In this document: positions 1-18,000 of the stretch, in pieces
Position numbering within the stretch: the first letter of the stretch is position 1
How the letters are laid out: every line of letters starts with the position of its first letter
Assembly: GCF_009914755.1 (NCBI RefSeq)
Contig: NC_060943.1
From: the human T2T-CHM13v2.0 reference genome, Homo sapiens
Length of the DNA: 64,000 nt
Direction: 5' to 3' (one strand)
Notes under the pieces: generated by a model
Seen by the model: the letters and a program-made list of their open reading frames with translations, nothing else
Told to the model about the DNA's origin: nothing
Databases searched by the model: none
Translations under genes and position numbers: made by a program

Positions 1-940
1 TCCACTGCCAAATGTACACCTGAAATAGGCACATTGTACTGTATGTAAATTAGACCTCACTAAAGGCAGTTTTTAAATTGTTGGAGGTAGAATCAGAAAG
101 ACAGCTGAGAGGAAAGTCCCTAAGTATGGTTTTTAATGCCTGGAGTTTGAGACACCAGTGTGGGCAGGACACACTGATGAGGCCAAAGGGGGTCCTCAGA
201 CTGAGATGAGAACTGAAGGCCATGAGTGACCAGGTGAATGAACAACGCCCATGGAAAGGGGAAATGGATAGAACACAGAGACAGTGGCAGCAGCACCTGG
301 GGCCACCATCCACCTGAGGCAGGTAGGATTGGCCAGGCTGCCCCACTCACTGCACACACACAGTCAGAGAGAGCAGCAGGAAAGGGGACAGGCACAGGGC
401 GCCCTGCCAGGAGCAGTGTTTCTGCACTGTCCCAGCCAGGCGGCACTAGAGGAAAGGAGAGGAGAGGCTCGGGTGAACAGGGTGGGAGACATGGCTTGGT
501 GAAGGCATAGGGGAACAAGGAGGCAGGCGGGAGATGCTGGGCAAGGAGGGGACTGACAGGCAGACTCCATGGCACCGGGAGGAAGAGGCTTGAGCATTCA
601 TCCTGTAAATGGATGACCCTTGGAAATGAACAGCTGAGGCTGCATGGCACCCTGCCAGTCACAAAGTGCTTTTTCAAAGTTGTCTTCCTATCGAACTCCT
701 GGTTACAAAGAGCCAAAGCTCTACATCACTGTGTGCGGATATTCGTGCATGGCAAATCTGTCATCCAGACAGGCCAGTTTTCCCCTTCTTCCTTCACTCA
801 AAACTGAGGCCTGGCAAGGGATAGAGCATCGGATCACTACCACACCAGACAGCCAGACAGAGCCAAGCTGTAGCTCTACCTCGCCCTTAGCGGGTCATCT
901 GGAATCCACACGCCTGGGCCCACGGCAGCAGGTGAGGTCA

Positions 941-2186
<1,246 letters not shown>

Positions 2187-2442
2187 GAGCATGTCCATAT
2201 TGTGTGCCTCGTGCCTTCTGAAGAGGAACTCAGGGAGCAGACAGAGGGCTCACACTCATGTTGGGGAAGGCAGGCAACAGACAAGACCATAGCCACACTA
2301 AAAGCCATGAAGAAAATAAACAGTGTGATTAATGTGAGTTGAAGGCTTCCCTCACAACCACTGGGCCAGATGAGGTGGTCACTTCAACCCCGGAGCCCTG
2401 AGAGAACCCGGGGAGGTAATACATCTGGAGCAAGAAGCAGTG

Positions 2443-2630
2443 CAAGCTTGTCCAACCCATGGCCCTCGGGCCACATGCAACCCAACACAAATTCGTAAAC
2501 TTTCTTAAAACATTATGAGATTTTTTTTTAAGCTCATTGGCTATCATCAGTGTTAGTGTATTTTATGTGCAGCCCAAGACAATCCTTCTTCCAATGTGGC
2601 TCAGAGAAGCCAAAAGATTGGACACCCCGA
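2443..2630. mobile_element. MER30 (hAT-Charlie MITE)
   Basis: gtccaacc...ggccacatg...aacacaaattcgtaaactttcttaaaacattatgag...gaagccaaaagattggacaccc resembles the MER30 consensus (by eye). Confidence 0.75.
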
Positions 2631-2954
2631 TCTAGAGCAAGTTGCATGATACCCTGCCTCCCCTTCAGGGCAGCTGGCTCCTCGTGAGCCAGTGAGGGGT
2701 GCTAGACAGGGCCAATGGGAAACTACGATCACGAGAACTGTCCCAGCAGCCAGCTGCAAAGGCGCAGACACCATCTGGACAAGGAACCTGTCTGTGGCCT
2801 GAAGCCCGGCAAGCAGGCCAAGGGGCACCAGGGCCCTGGTGGGCAAGGCTCCAGGCCCAGGCCAGATCTCCGTCTGCACACGTTCCAATACATCTCCTCT
2901 TCTGGGGCCGCGAGCCTTCAGCATCCAAGCCAGGTAAGGGGCAGGGACTCTACC

Positions 2955-4406
2955 CAGGTGTGTGCTGGAGCCTGCTCACGCCAGCTTTACTGAGAGAGCA
3001 AGCCCGTGGTGACACTTTCAGGAATCAAAGGAGCCATTACTAACAATTACATTATATAAGCTTACAATAAGTTGTGATAAGAACAAAGGAGGAAGTTTTC
3101 AGTACTGTGTACTCAAAACTCATCACTTCCTACTTATTTTACCAAACTTAGTACTATCTAGGTTTCTGAGGTTATTCATGACTACTGTATGGGCATGGAG
3201 GACATGGTGTGCTACTGAGTCTCTTTCCCAACCTCACATTCAGTGATCTCATGTTAGTGGCTTGAAGCCAGCCATGGTGAGAGTATTTCCACCACAGAAA
3301 TCAGTAAACACTATAAATCAGGGCTTGATTTTATGGGCTCCAAACTAGAAATCTGCAAACTCCTGGGCCATTCCATAACACTGTCTGTTTTTGTAAATGA
3401 AGATTTTACTTTTTTCATTTTACATGCTGTTTATTGAGGTAAAATTCACATTGACATAAATTAACCACATCAAGTTTTACTGGAACACAGTCACGCTCAT
3501 TCACTCACATACTGTCTCTGGCTGCTTTTGTGCTACAAAGATAGCAGTACAACAGAAGCTCTACGGCCATATGGCCTGCAAAGATGAAAATATTTACTAT
3601 CTGGCCCTTTACAAAAAGTTAGCCAACTCCTGGGGTTTAGACTTAAGAAAGTGATGGAGAAAATGTTAATAATGCAATTAAACTTAAAAAGCGTGTCATG
3701 CCTGAAGTCATTACATTGGGAACAGGACAATTGAGAAAATATTCTTATAGTACAGGTATTTGAAAACTATTATCTAATTCAGCAAAGACATCACTTGACT
3801 CATTAATACAAAGATATCGACCAGGCTGGTGCAGCGGCTCACACATGTGATCCCAGCACTTTGGGAGGCTGAGGCAGGTGGGTCACTTGAGGCCAGGAGT
3901 TCAAGACCAGCCTGGCCAAAATGCAGAAACCCTGTCTCTACTAAAAATACAAAAATTAGCCGGGTATGGTGGTGCACACCTATAGTCGCAGCTGCTTAGG
4001 GGGCAGCATGAGAATCACTTGAATCCGGGAGGTGGAGGTTGCAGCGAGCGGAGATTGCACCACCGGACTCCAGTCTGGGTGACAGAGCGAGACTCCGTCT
4101 CAAAAAAAAAAAAAAAAAAAAAAAAAAAGAGAGAGAATAAGATATTAACCAAAGTCATGTCAAAACCAATCAGAAGCTGATACAAAAGCTCAGCAAAAAT
4201 CAACGGAAGCAGCTGGTGAGAAGCAATTGGCTATATGGAACTGACAACAGTGTTGTATATTTCATTATTATTTGCAAATTATATGCCACCCATCCTTTAT
4301 ACTAGTAAAACTCATAAACTTACATGCATATTTACATATGTATATGTATGGATTTCTTTTCTTTTTCCTGAGAGCTGGTTGTCAAATTTTCACCAGCACA
4401 CCACTG
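2955..4406 (+). mobile_element. MER63-family (hAT-Blackjack) DNA transposon relic, interrupted by MER58A (~3345-3633) and an Alu (+, ~3819-4129)
   Basis: Termini gtgtgctggagcc... and ...ccagcacaccactg form inverted ends. The internal segment cagtgatctcatgttagtggcttgaagccagccatggtgagagtatttccaccac is typical of MER63. Confidence 0.65.
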
Positions 4407-4726
4407 TCTATACCTTAGTATATGCCTTATGTAAATTAGAGCTTCATTATTTTGAAGTGCTTGAAATAGAGTCTGAATGAAACTAAAGTCCATTTGCATT
4501 ATTGTATTTCAACATTACATATAAATGAAAAGATTAAAGAATCTGGATTTTTTAGAAATGCCAACTCATAAATTTTTCAATGTTTACTAAAAAAAATGCT
4601 TCCAAGTTTTATCACCTTCTTGTGCAAACAAAATTTCTCCACAACAATTATCAAAGTCAAGCAAAACAGAAACAAAAACAAAACCCACACCCTAACATAT
4701 AAAAGTTATGTTCTTGGACACAAGCA

Positions 4727-4757
<31 letters not shown>

Positions 4758-4786
4758 GGCAATGTTATTTCAGTAATGTTATTCAA

Positions 4787-5480
<694 letters not shown>

Positions 5481-6624
5481 CCTTATAATTTCTATGGTAG
5501 AAACAGCACATGCACTTTCCCCTAGTCTCGCCTCCAAATTACCCATTGCACCCTGTGGATGCCACTGTTTCCTATGTGTGCCATGACATGGAAGGCTGAA
5601 AGCAGTGTGACAGCAGGAGGGCATGGGCTCTGTATAATGGGTGGCCAGGAGAGGCCTGAAGAAGTCCGACTGTCACAAGAACTGGATGAGGGAGAAGGTT
5701 CTCCCACAAGAATGAGGGCAAGGGTTCAAGTTAAGCTGAGAAAGGAAAGAAGGGCCCAAGGCCTGTAGCATGTGTAGATCATGACAATAAGGAATGTGGG
5801 CGTCTATTCTAAGGGTGATGGAAAACCACTGAAGGATGTGAAGTGACAGTGGTGTCATCTGCTTATCGGTATGGAAGGGACAGGACCAAGAGGGAAATGG
5901 CCAGGGTTGGACTCGAGATGGAGGGCAGAGGAGGGCTGGAGAACATGCATCCTGGCAGTAGCCCCCGGGCCTCACAGGTGGAGTAGGTGACTAAGGTGAG
6001 AGGAAGGCAGAGGCATGGACCACTCCAGGGTGTTTAGCAGAGCCATGGGGTGTGGCTTCACTGACTGTGTGGAGAAAACCAGGTGTTGTCCAGTCATTTT
6101 TGGTGGGATGGACCTCTGGGAACATGAAGAACATGACTGGTGGCCTTGACTGGAGTGTTATGTTGCACACTAGTGTTCTGAACCTTCCGGAAACGTATGA
6201 GAGGGGAACTAATCCTCTCCACTGATTGCAGTACATAGAGGCCCGCAATCCACTCCACAGCCGATTGCTCTCTATAGTGCTCAAGTGCTCTTCAGGCTAG
6301 AGCAGCCTACTTTTATTTTCATTTTTTTACAGTTTAATTGAAAAGACAATGGAGCATAGGGGAAAACAAACCAACCCATTCCCCCTGCCCCAACCAACAC
6401 AAGTGCTTCCATTTTACCCCAAGTTCTAGTTCTTTAGGCATCCAGCCTATCCAGATGCCTGAGTCACAAAACCACTCCTTTCCCCCTCATGGTAAGGCCT
6501 GCCCATTTTTCTATAGAGCCTTCAGAATCACGCTTTCGGCTATAGGCTATTTGACTCTGTGGATGCACCATGATTCTGAAGCTTCTCCCATGCTGTTTAA
6601 AAATAAACTTCATTAAAAAAAAAA

Positions 6625-7377
<753 letters not shown>

Positions 7378-9036
7378 CAATTGTTGATTCTAAAGTATGT
7401 CTCTACACAGGAAGAATATTGGCTATTGCTTCTGAAAGGCAGCTTCATGTGCACAAAGTTGTATTTTGATCATCCCCACCTGCAACTGCAGCACAGAGAG
7501 ATTTGGAAAAGTACAGGCAGCTTTTAAACCTGCTTGTGAATTTCAGCCTAAGCACCTCTTCCAAGGAAGAGGCTCTGGACCCTGACGTCTGGGATTTTGT
7601 TCTACAACCAATTTCTTCCTGTTTTCCCCCGAGGGAGCATTTAGAAATGTGTAAATTATGCAATGTTGTCTTGTAACTGCTCCTTGCTGACACTAAAGGA
7701 AAGACTACCCTTGAAAAAGAACAGCATTTGTGAAAATCAAAGTTCAGTATCTACAAACTCATCTAGGGGTGTAATACCCCCTAGCTCCTGAAAAGTCGAG
7801 AAGGGGCTTATACATGTTTAGTACCTACTAGGTACTAAATTTCCTTTCAGGCACTGTTTACCTTTAGTAGGATAGGGACGTCCTCACTTTATAGAGAGTA
7901 TTAATAGCACTGATAAATATTTGATGTGATTTGTCCAAGGACATATAACTTGGAGACGGAGCTGTAGAGATTCGAATCCAGGTCTAATTCCCAAACTCTT
8001 ACATATTAAATACTTTTCTTTCTTTCCATCTTTCTTTCTTTGGGAGGAGGGGAGAGGAGGCTTAGAGGATTTCTAGTTGATTGTTAAACCTATTCATCAA
8101 CCTACTCATAAGAAATGAAAAGCCTCCCTTCTCCACAAGAAAAGACCTCATCAACTGGAGCTGACATGGCTCAAAGGCTCTAGAGATGTCAGAGGCCGTG
8201 TCTGGCTGGGGAAGGGACACGGGATCCTCTGCACTCCACAGCAGCTCAGGCACAAACTCCCCCACTTCCGAGGTGGAAAAAGACAGCAGAGTCCCCAGCT
8301 CTCTACCCAAGGCGCTTGACGGGCACTGTCTAGGTGGCACTGGCTTCACATGCATCCCCCTTCCCTCTACAGTGGGCAGCAGTGTTATCTCCGGATGAAA
8401 GCAAAGGCTCTGAGGGCAGAAGGAGTCGGGCTCACAGCTGTGCAGTGCCAGCGACCTAACCTCACTATGCTTCAGTTTCCTGAATCAGCCCATCTATAAA
8501 ATGGGATAATTCTTAGCACAGAGTGAGCACACAGTAAGAGTTGATGCTGCTGTCCTTGCAACCATTTCTGTTATGGCCCCAGGATAAAGTCCTTATAGTC
8601 CCTTATAGATTTACACCAAAGGATGTCGAGCCCTTGGTTTGTGAAGTGGGACTGGTAACTAGATTCAATGAGATCCATGCCCTGGGCTTGGTGACAGAAT
8701 CAATGATGGAGTTAAAATCCTCACTTCCCCCCTTCCAACCGCATGGCCTCAGGAAGACAACATCCCAAACTCATCTGTCACAGGAAGACAGTACCAGCAT
8801 CTTCATGATCAGGGTGACTAAATGGAGGCTAGGCATTGTGCCAGGCTCTCAACATACCTCAAGCCCCACAGGATGGTATCACCAGGTGATGGCAACACCA
8901 GCTCCATGTCACAAGTAAAAAGACTGAGGCTCGGAGACATTAAGTGATCTGCTCCAAGGTCACCAAAGTAGAAGCAGCTGAGAAGGACCTGAAGCCTTCC
9001 AGCTAAGGTCCAGAAGCTGTGCTAAGGGTAGTGTCT

Positions 9037-9342
9037 GGCCCGGCGCACGGTCTCACACCTGTAATTCCAGCACTCTGGGAGGCCGAAGCAGGCAGATCGC
9101 TTGAGCTCAGGAATTTGAGACCAGCCTGGGCAACATGGTGAAACCCCAACTCTACAAAAATTACAAAAAATTAGCTGGGTGTGGTAGCGTGTGTCTGTAG
9201 TCTTAGCTACTCAGAAGGCTGAGGTAGGAGGATCACTTGAGCCGGGGACGTAGAGGTTGCAGTGAGCCGATTGTGCCACTGCACTCCAGCCTGGGTGACA
9301 GAGTAAGACCCCATTTCAAAATAAAATAAAATAAAATAAAAA
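9037..9342 (+). mobile_element. Alu
   Basis: Full dimeric Alu with (AAAAT)n tail. Confidence 0.9.
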
Positions 9343-10149
9343 GGTGGGGGGTGGGTGGGGAGTGTCTGCCCAGGCCTGGAGGGAGGAGGCACGTGCAGGC
9401 TCATGTGGGCCTGAGGGGTTCACCAGGCCACTGGGTCCTGTCGACGGCTTCTGGAATCCCCAAACCTAACGGAACTGAGCGATACACACAGGACAGGCTC
9501 AGCGCCTGGGTGCAGACCATGCCAGTATGGCTCCAACAGACCCCTCGAACCATGGGAGGAATCCAAAGGGCTGAAGGTTGGAGAGAGCCAAGTAACCATC
9601 ACAGGAAGGGGGCTTCCTCCAGGGGTCTGGCCAAATCCAGCCGCAGCCACCTCAACCCCAATACTAATCAGCTAAATGACTAAGCCCCACTAAGCCTGAA
9701 TTCTTACCCCCAAGCCCAACTGGGTCCTCCCAGGTTAGGCAATGCTACTTCTGTAATCTGAAGTCAGAAATGGACCCACATCCATTTGTAAACTGGTCAC
9801 TGGCCCTAACAGAATGAATGGCTCTCTAAATACCAGCAAGAAAACAACCAACCAGTCTTTGCTTCAAGGGGAATGGGGGTGGGGGAAATGACAGGCAAGT
9901 CAGACCGGTTACAGGAAGCACTGCGGGAAAGATCAGACCAGGATGCCTGCAATAGTCAGAAGACAGGGATGCTTATGGAGGCTCTGGACCCTGAGACCAG
10001 AGAGGCAAGGAGGGAGAGAGGGCAGGTGATCAGGTGGGGTGCACAAAAAGGTCAGGAGCTGACTGATGAGCAGCTGAGCATGGCTGGAGCAGGAGAGGAA
10101 TAAGAAGGGCTACCTGACCCAGAGCCTGGGGCACAATGTGCTCAGATGA

Positions 10150-10900
<751 letters not shown>

Positions 10901-13900
10901 GGAGGAAGGCCATGGGAGCTAGATGGGCTCTCTACCACCAAGCCTGTGTATTATTAGGTAGCATGCATGTGAGCACCCAGGATGCTTCAGGCACAGGGCC
11001 ATGTTCCATTCTTAAAAGCCTTCCTATGCAGCATTTTTTACATCTTTCTGGAAAAACAAAGGCTGCAAACCTAACCTTGTCGAAGGTTGCAAGGTGAATG
11101 GCAGAGTCAATGGTTCCAACTCCATTCTGCTTAAGTCCTCCACCCAGGAGAAAGACTGTCTTCTCCACTATATGCCACCTAAAGAGCTGAGACTCTATCC
11201 AGCCAGCAACACGACACCACCAGAAAAGTCAAACATCCCTATCTGTTTTCAGACACACAGAGGCAGGAGACTGACTAGGACACTGCTGCACTAGACCCCC
11301 TGGAGGTCCAGCTTGCAGGAAGAAGGACTCCAGGATGGCCCTAAGGTGGTCTACAGAGCAGTAGATCATGGCACCACCAACAGACACAGCACAGCATGAC
11401 AAAGGCAGAGATGAAGAAGGTGTATCCACTTTGGAGTGGGCTGTCTAGACATCCAGGCACAGGAGAGAGCAAGTGTCCAGGTGCCAACGAAGCTGTGGCT
11501 CTGAGACTACCTGGGGAAAGTCTTAAGGGCCGAAGACCGTGAGCAGTGCTACACAAAGCCAAAACGCTTAGGGGGAGCAGGCACCACTGGAAAGGGTTGT
11601 GTAGAGAAAAAAGAGACCAATGCAGCAAGGGGCAAGGGAACCAGGTAGGCAGACACCCCCCCACTGCTAGGCCTTGTCATTCATTCCAAGTGCCCATGGT
11701 GAGCACAGAGAACAGCGCCCTAAAGAGAAGACAACCTGGCGTGACAAACACAACAGGCATCCTTGTGCCCAAGGACAGCTCATCTTCCTAAACAGATGAT
11801 GCCACTTCCTACTTCCCAACTTGAGGGAGCCCACCACCCGACCAGATAGGAAACCGTGTTCACAGTGCTCTCAACACAGAAGAATCATCACCAGGGTGAT
11901 GAGGAGGTGCCCACTCGGTCACACCCCTAACTCCTTGTTGGGCTGACAGCGTGTCCAGAGAGGCAATGCACAAGTCTTCCACATACCATCCAGCACAAAT
12001 ACCACCTGCCAACTACACCAGAACACCTAACGTGCCCCCTCCCCATTCCAGGCCAGGGTTTTCACCATTTTCCTTCAGGTACACAGGGCTGCAGCAGCCT
12101 GGGGGCACATGCTGTTTCTGTCTGCACAAAAGGTCCTGCTCCTTCGGAAACACCTCCCTGACTTACTGTGGGCACTGCCACTTTCTTACAAGACCCTCCC
12201 ATGGCACCCCAAACCAAGCCAGAGTGTGTCTCCTGAAGTTTCCGGAACTGGAAACTAGAAAGTAACTCCTGTCTACAACAGGTCAAACTCAGGAGCTGCT
12301 GCCTTTCCCAACACATGAAGCAGCCCATCCACAAGACAGGCGGACACACAGACACACACACATAGTGTGGAGGACCAGAAACAGAAAAGATTCCCTCTCC
12401 CTTCTCTCCACCCCAATTTCAATCCCAAACAGCACTTATTTAAGCTCAGCTCAGTGTTTAGAGGAAGGAAAAAGCTGGGGAGCAAATGCGGAGGAGCTCA
12501 CAGGAGAGCAGTGCTGAAGCTTTCCTGGGAGAAGACAGGCTCCTCATTCAGAGGCCCACAAGTTCAGGCACTTGCTTGCCCACCAACCATCAAGGTGAGA
12601 AAATGAAATGCTTGAGAAGCTCCCTTAAGGCAGAAGTGAAGGTGGAATACCCATTCACAAAACTTTCCCTCACAGACGAGCTGAGACTTAACATGTGGCC
12701 CGTTTCCGTCACGGCCAGGCAAAAGGGGGAGCAGACACCAACATCAGGTGCTTACTGAGAGCCCCCCCAGAAACACAAGGTGGGGTTGGGGAAATGGAGG
12801 CTGCAAAAGAAAGATCACTTGACTCTACCCCTCTCCATTAACCGAAGGGGAAGAAGCCAGGCCAGGAAACACAGGTACGAGTTTCCGGTTACCCAGAGGG
12901 GAGGCACAGATGAGAGGAAACAGGCAGGACAATCAGACCCAACAGATCTCCCAGCCTCTGCCCAGGGTCCACAAATTCAGAGAAGCTACAGGAGGGGCCA
13001 CAGCTCTTGCCTGGGTCACAGCGCAGTCTCCTCATGACCACAGGAGGCCTGGTGGGGTTCAGGCCACCTGGACCGCACCACCTCCCCCAGCAATGAGCTC
13101 CATTCCAGGCAGTGACTGAAGCACCAGGAGAGACTGTCAAGACAGGGAGGAAAAAACAGCACCATTCAAGACTGTCTCCAGCCCAGGACAGGATCTGAAG
13201 CTGCAGCTGGCCAGCACCTGCACTCGGACAGCGTGACAGCGAGGTCCCCAAGGGTGACTACAGGCAAATGGAGTCTGTGGTTTAACCAGAACAAGAAGGT
13301 ACTCACAACTCCACGCGGTGACCTCACACCAGCCAAACCACCCTGTTGCTACTCTGGACCTTACATTTCCCATTTTTTTCCCCAAAAACTCCCATTTTGC
13401 CTTCTGGAGCCAAGGCCCAACTATTTGGCGGTCACATCAGGAGAGGTGATGACATCAGTGCACATCCATGGACACTGGATCCACTATTCTTCTCCCGTTA
13501 ACAGGACCTTGATGTCTCCTGGGAACATCCCCTCTATTGTGGGACTGTTTGGGTGGAACCCACAGCAGATTCAGGGGTAAGCCAATCAACTAATTCAATC
13601 AAACTGCTAATCCAATCAAAGCTCAGAGAAGGCATAAGGAAACGTTTGGTGGGGCTTCCAGCAAAGAGTCGGGAGTTCGGTGAGGGAAAATCCTGAAACT
13701 GCTGGGATGGAGAGGAAGACACCCTACTGTGTGAAGGCAACACTGCAAAAGAGGGAGACAGAAAAACCAGGTCCTCACCTGACCGCAGACTTGCCTTTGG
13801 GCCTGCATGACCATCAGCCCCTTTGTGTCTAAGCTCCTGCCACCAGCACAGTGCTAACCTCCCTTTAGGGCTGGACAGGCCACAGAATTAGTATAGGAAG

Positions 13901-15062
13901 TAAAGACAAGTGCTGTGCAGGCAACCAATTAACACGGAAGGAAACAATGTGAACCAATGACCACCCAAAAGGATAAAACTGTTCTTATTTTATATCCCTT
14001 CACATCAGTATCACGGGTCTCCCACTGACAGCACTGAAAAGCCAGCTTGCTGACTGCTTGCCTAGGCACCATGCAAGATGCACCTGGGAGGTGAATGGAG
14101 TTGGGCAGCATCTATAAAGGGTTCTGGAGGGCTGGCCTGCAGAACAGGAGAGCCGTTAGCTACCATGGTAACTACTACATCACCCTGGGGGGAACGAGGA
14201 TGTGGCCACCTCTCCATGCCTAACTCAAGCTGGGCCAGGAACCTGATGACTAGAACGGGGGACATCAAAACAAGTCATCAAGGGGATAAGAACTTAAACC
14301 CAGTGTGTGCAGGGGGCTGCCCAGAGAGCCAATGTGACCAGGAGTGTGGGTGGGAAACAGAAGAGTGCACTACCGTGCTGAAGGCACAAGCAGGCAGTGG
14401 GGCTGCCAGGGCCTGGGAGTGCTGCCAGCCCACTGGGCTCTCGGTGTGGGCCATGGGTCACACCCACCTGAGTCCTCCCAGTAACTCACCCACTGCTGAT
14501 GCCTGCACCACAGAACCCCCACCAGAGTCAAGGCCAGCCACAGCCAACGCCCTATAAAACCATGCTGTGCACCCAGCACACGAATACCCGAGTCTCCACA
14601 GCAGCCACGAGGCTGACCCACCACCAGGGTGTGGCCTGGACAAAGCAGCACCCTACTTTCTCACCATAGCAAATGAAAATCTGGGGGGATGTGTGTCCAG
14701 GAATGCCATGTTTTGTCACATGACCAAAAAAGGCCGAAGGATCGCTGGGGACCCAGGCTTCACAGATGAAGTGACATTTGAACAGTGTCTAGGGACCATG
14801 GACAGGCAGAAATCTAAGATCAAGCGCCGCCTTCTCTATTAGGGTGAAAAATACCTGACGAGAAAGAGAGGAAAACACACCTCACACCCCTTCTTCAGCC
14901 AGTTCCAGAGAAAGCACAGAGCATTTTAGTGACCACTGTCCTCCCAGTCTGGCATAAGAGCAGTGCACAGATGAATCCAGCATAAACAGCTGGACCCAGG
15001 CAAGAAAGGGGAGTGCCTGCGCAGCAAGTGCCCACTGGCCTCTCACATGACAAGGGAGGCAG

Positions 15063-15076
15063 CCAGCAGGTGGCTG
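15063..15076 (+). promoter_or_regulatory. Candidate CTCF core motif
   Basis: CCAGCAGGTGGCTG versus consensus CCASYAGRKGGCRS; motif match only. Confidence 0.3.
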
Positions 15077-18000
15077 TGTTCCAACCCCAGCCTCATCCCA
15101 TCTAGCCTCCTTCCAGCTGTGTCCGCTGAGCCTCAGTTTCCTCACTAGTACCTGCCTCCTGTTTAATCTACACCTGCTATGAAGATTAAATGTGTTTTGA
15201 ATGCAGGTGAAGTGCTGAAAACCGCTGGCACCTAGGACCTGCTCAGTAACGCTGACAGCCATTCCCAAAACTGGCCCTGTTTACAGTGAGAGCACCAAGC
15301 ATTTGGGCACCCACGTGCTGTGGCAGTTCTAGACACTAAGGGAGCAACACCTGCTCTCCTACTTGGGCACTTCACAATCACATGGAAAATGTAACCAACA
15401 AGACCTGTTATCAGCAGGAATATAAGGTGTTAAAATGATGAATGGTTCCTGAGGGAGACGGTCTTGGATTAAGCCAGGTAAGGTTTCAGAAAAGGGAGGC
15501 AGTAGGGATGACAGGAGGCTCCCAACTGGAGGCAGCACAAAGGTCAAATTCCAGGTGTCACACACATACAGGTAAGGCCTGCTCTCAGAGTTACACTGAT
15601 GCTGTTTTGATGACAAGACAGAACTTCATTTCGAAGCATGACTGGATTAGGAGTAGGTTCTGTCCTCGAATTTTCTTTAAAACAGTTACTCAAAGCACAC
15701 CTGTTGTTATGTGAAGCTTCCAGAAGGTTTCTGATGATAAAAATGAACCCTCATACTCAAAAAGGTTTGGAGCCACTAGGCTAGAGGAATTTAAAGGGGG
15801 AAAAGTTGTAGGAACTGGGAAGGAATGGAATTCAAAATGTAACATGTGAAAACACTTCATGTTTGCAAGGGTACACCTTGGAAGACGCAATGGAGTTCAG
15901 CTTCCATGCTGGGCACCACCGATGTGGGAAGCGGAAGACTGTCGTAGTTAAGCCCTCTGACATCAGAACCACCCAGTGATGGATTCAGACCCAAGGCTTC
16001 TGGTTCCCTTGTCTGCAATACCAGACAAATCGGTGAATCTCTCCTAGCCCCTAAAATGAAGATGAAGCACCTACCCTAGAAGTAATTCAAAGAAGCAATG
16101 AGACACTCCACACAGTAGTGTCTGGCACTGTGTAAGTGCTCAGTAAACAGCGGCTGTTCGTCTTGCAGCCTCTGCTGCCCAACAGAGACTGCTGCTGGCA
16201 CACAGGAGACCGAGCCTAACTCTGCATGCAGGGGAAACCTGATGAGCCCCCTGACGTTTTCCAAGATTCATTTTCCTGCAGTGGATGAACCCAGGAAACT
16301 TTGCTGCAGTCACAGTAACATCCAAAGGCCTTTAACCCCAATTGCCTGGCAATCCTTGGGATGTGAGTTCCCAGAGGGCTGCTGGTACTTCACCTGACAT
16401 GACCCCTCTCCTTTTGAATAGGCTCCACAGAGAATCGCAGAACCTCCCGGTACTTGGATGGTCACAGAATCCAAAGGCCTATACACAGAATCCAAGGGCC
16501 TGGGTATGTCCACATAGCCATCTCACAGTGCCCCCAGACTGTGTTAAGTCAGCTCTGACAATAATCCACCACTTCCCTAAGCACATCACAGAACTCTCAC
16601 CTTCCCCACCCTAGGCTTGCCTCCAAAAGCCACACAGAGCAAATCTAATCCAGAGGGTACAACAACACCCCAAATACTGAAAACCAGTGCCATGTAATGC
16701 TACCCCAAGGCCCTTCCCATTTTCTCAAGCCCAGACACCCCAACCATACCCACAGACACAGCTCGACATCTGCCTGTGCCCCATCCCACAGCAGAGAGGG
16801 AAAACTGTGCAATAATTTGCCGACTGTTCCTTCCAGCTCTGTTCCCCTCATGCCAGAGACAACGCAAGAAGAGCCTGCCTGCCTGACTACAGAACTTATT
16901 CTGAAAACCTGGATGATAGAATATACTTAAGAAAGCCATCTCATATTCTTAAGAATTCTCAACTGTTTTCAAATAAGGCACGGGGAGAACTGTTCCATTT
17001 GGACTTGAGACCTGCGGCACCATCAGGCCATCCCTGACTGCCGAGCCCACATGCCACGGCACCCCACCCAAGCTCGTTCATGACCATGCTCTATCTGCCC
17101 TCCTCCCTATGAGGCGCCAAGCCCCTTGGGCACAGGGGCTGAGCATCTTCAGGTCTGTACCCTCTACACCCAGCACACGAGCACTTGCTAATCAGTTAGT
17201 GACTGAAATGTAACTGCAGTGCCTCCCAAGGCATGGAATGTATTCAGAGAAGGCCTTTAAATACAGCATGTAGAATTATCGGTATGTCTTTCTTACTCAG
17301 GAAATGCTTCCCGGTTCAGGGAATCCCGATGGCAAATCCACACCCTGCTCTAAGAGTGAAAAGCGGCTGTTTTGGAAGGTGCTCCAAGCATGGGTGCTAG
17401 CGAGACCACACTGGAATGAAATGTGCTGCCTCTCCTTTACTCACTGTGCCACAAACTTGGCCACCCATTCTGACAACCAGCTCCTGGTCCCCAAAGGAAC
17501 CAGGCAGACGTGGGACAGCCTACCACTAGGAATACAAAGGAAAAGCACAACGTGCAGTAACAAAGCACCCAGTTTCCAGAAGGAGATGATAGTGGGGAAG
17601 TGGCCAGGGGACCCCTCCCGCTGGACTGGAGTCACCTGGAGTCAGCCTGGTTAAACTAGAGCTCCATCTGAGAAGATGCTCGCAGACCCCAAAACCAAGA
17701 AAAGGAAAGCCAAGTGTCCTCCTTCACCTAAGAGACCTTGGCGCCCTTAAGCTACATGTCCTATCTTACACAGCTGCCCAGGGGCTGACGTGACCATGGT
17801 GCCTTTTTACATCTGTATCCAGAACAAAGCCCCTGACCACATGCTGGTCTTGGACAGTCCTCCAGGGCTCTGGGACCTCCAACCAGGACAACATATTCTG
17901 AGGACCACCCAGAAACCTCAGTGAGGAGAGACTGTAAAGTCCACTTTCTCCTGAGGGACAGAATGAGTCAAAGACAAGGACATACACCTGTGTCACAGGT

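Noticed and set aside
16462-16501. Short direct repeat cacagaatccaa(a/g)ggcct x2, and similar micro-duplications at ~5454, ~8588 and ~24940
   Set aside because: Ordinary slippage duplications with no sign of function.
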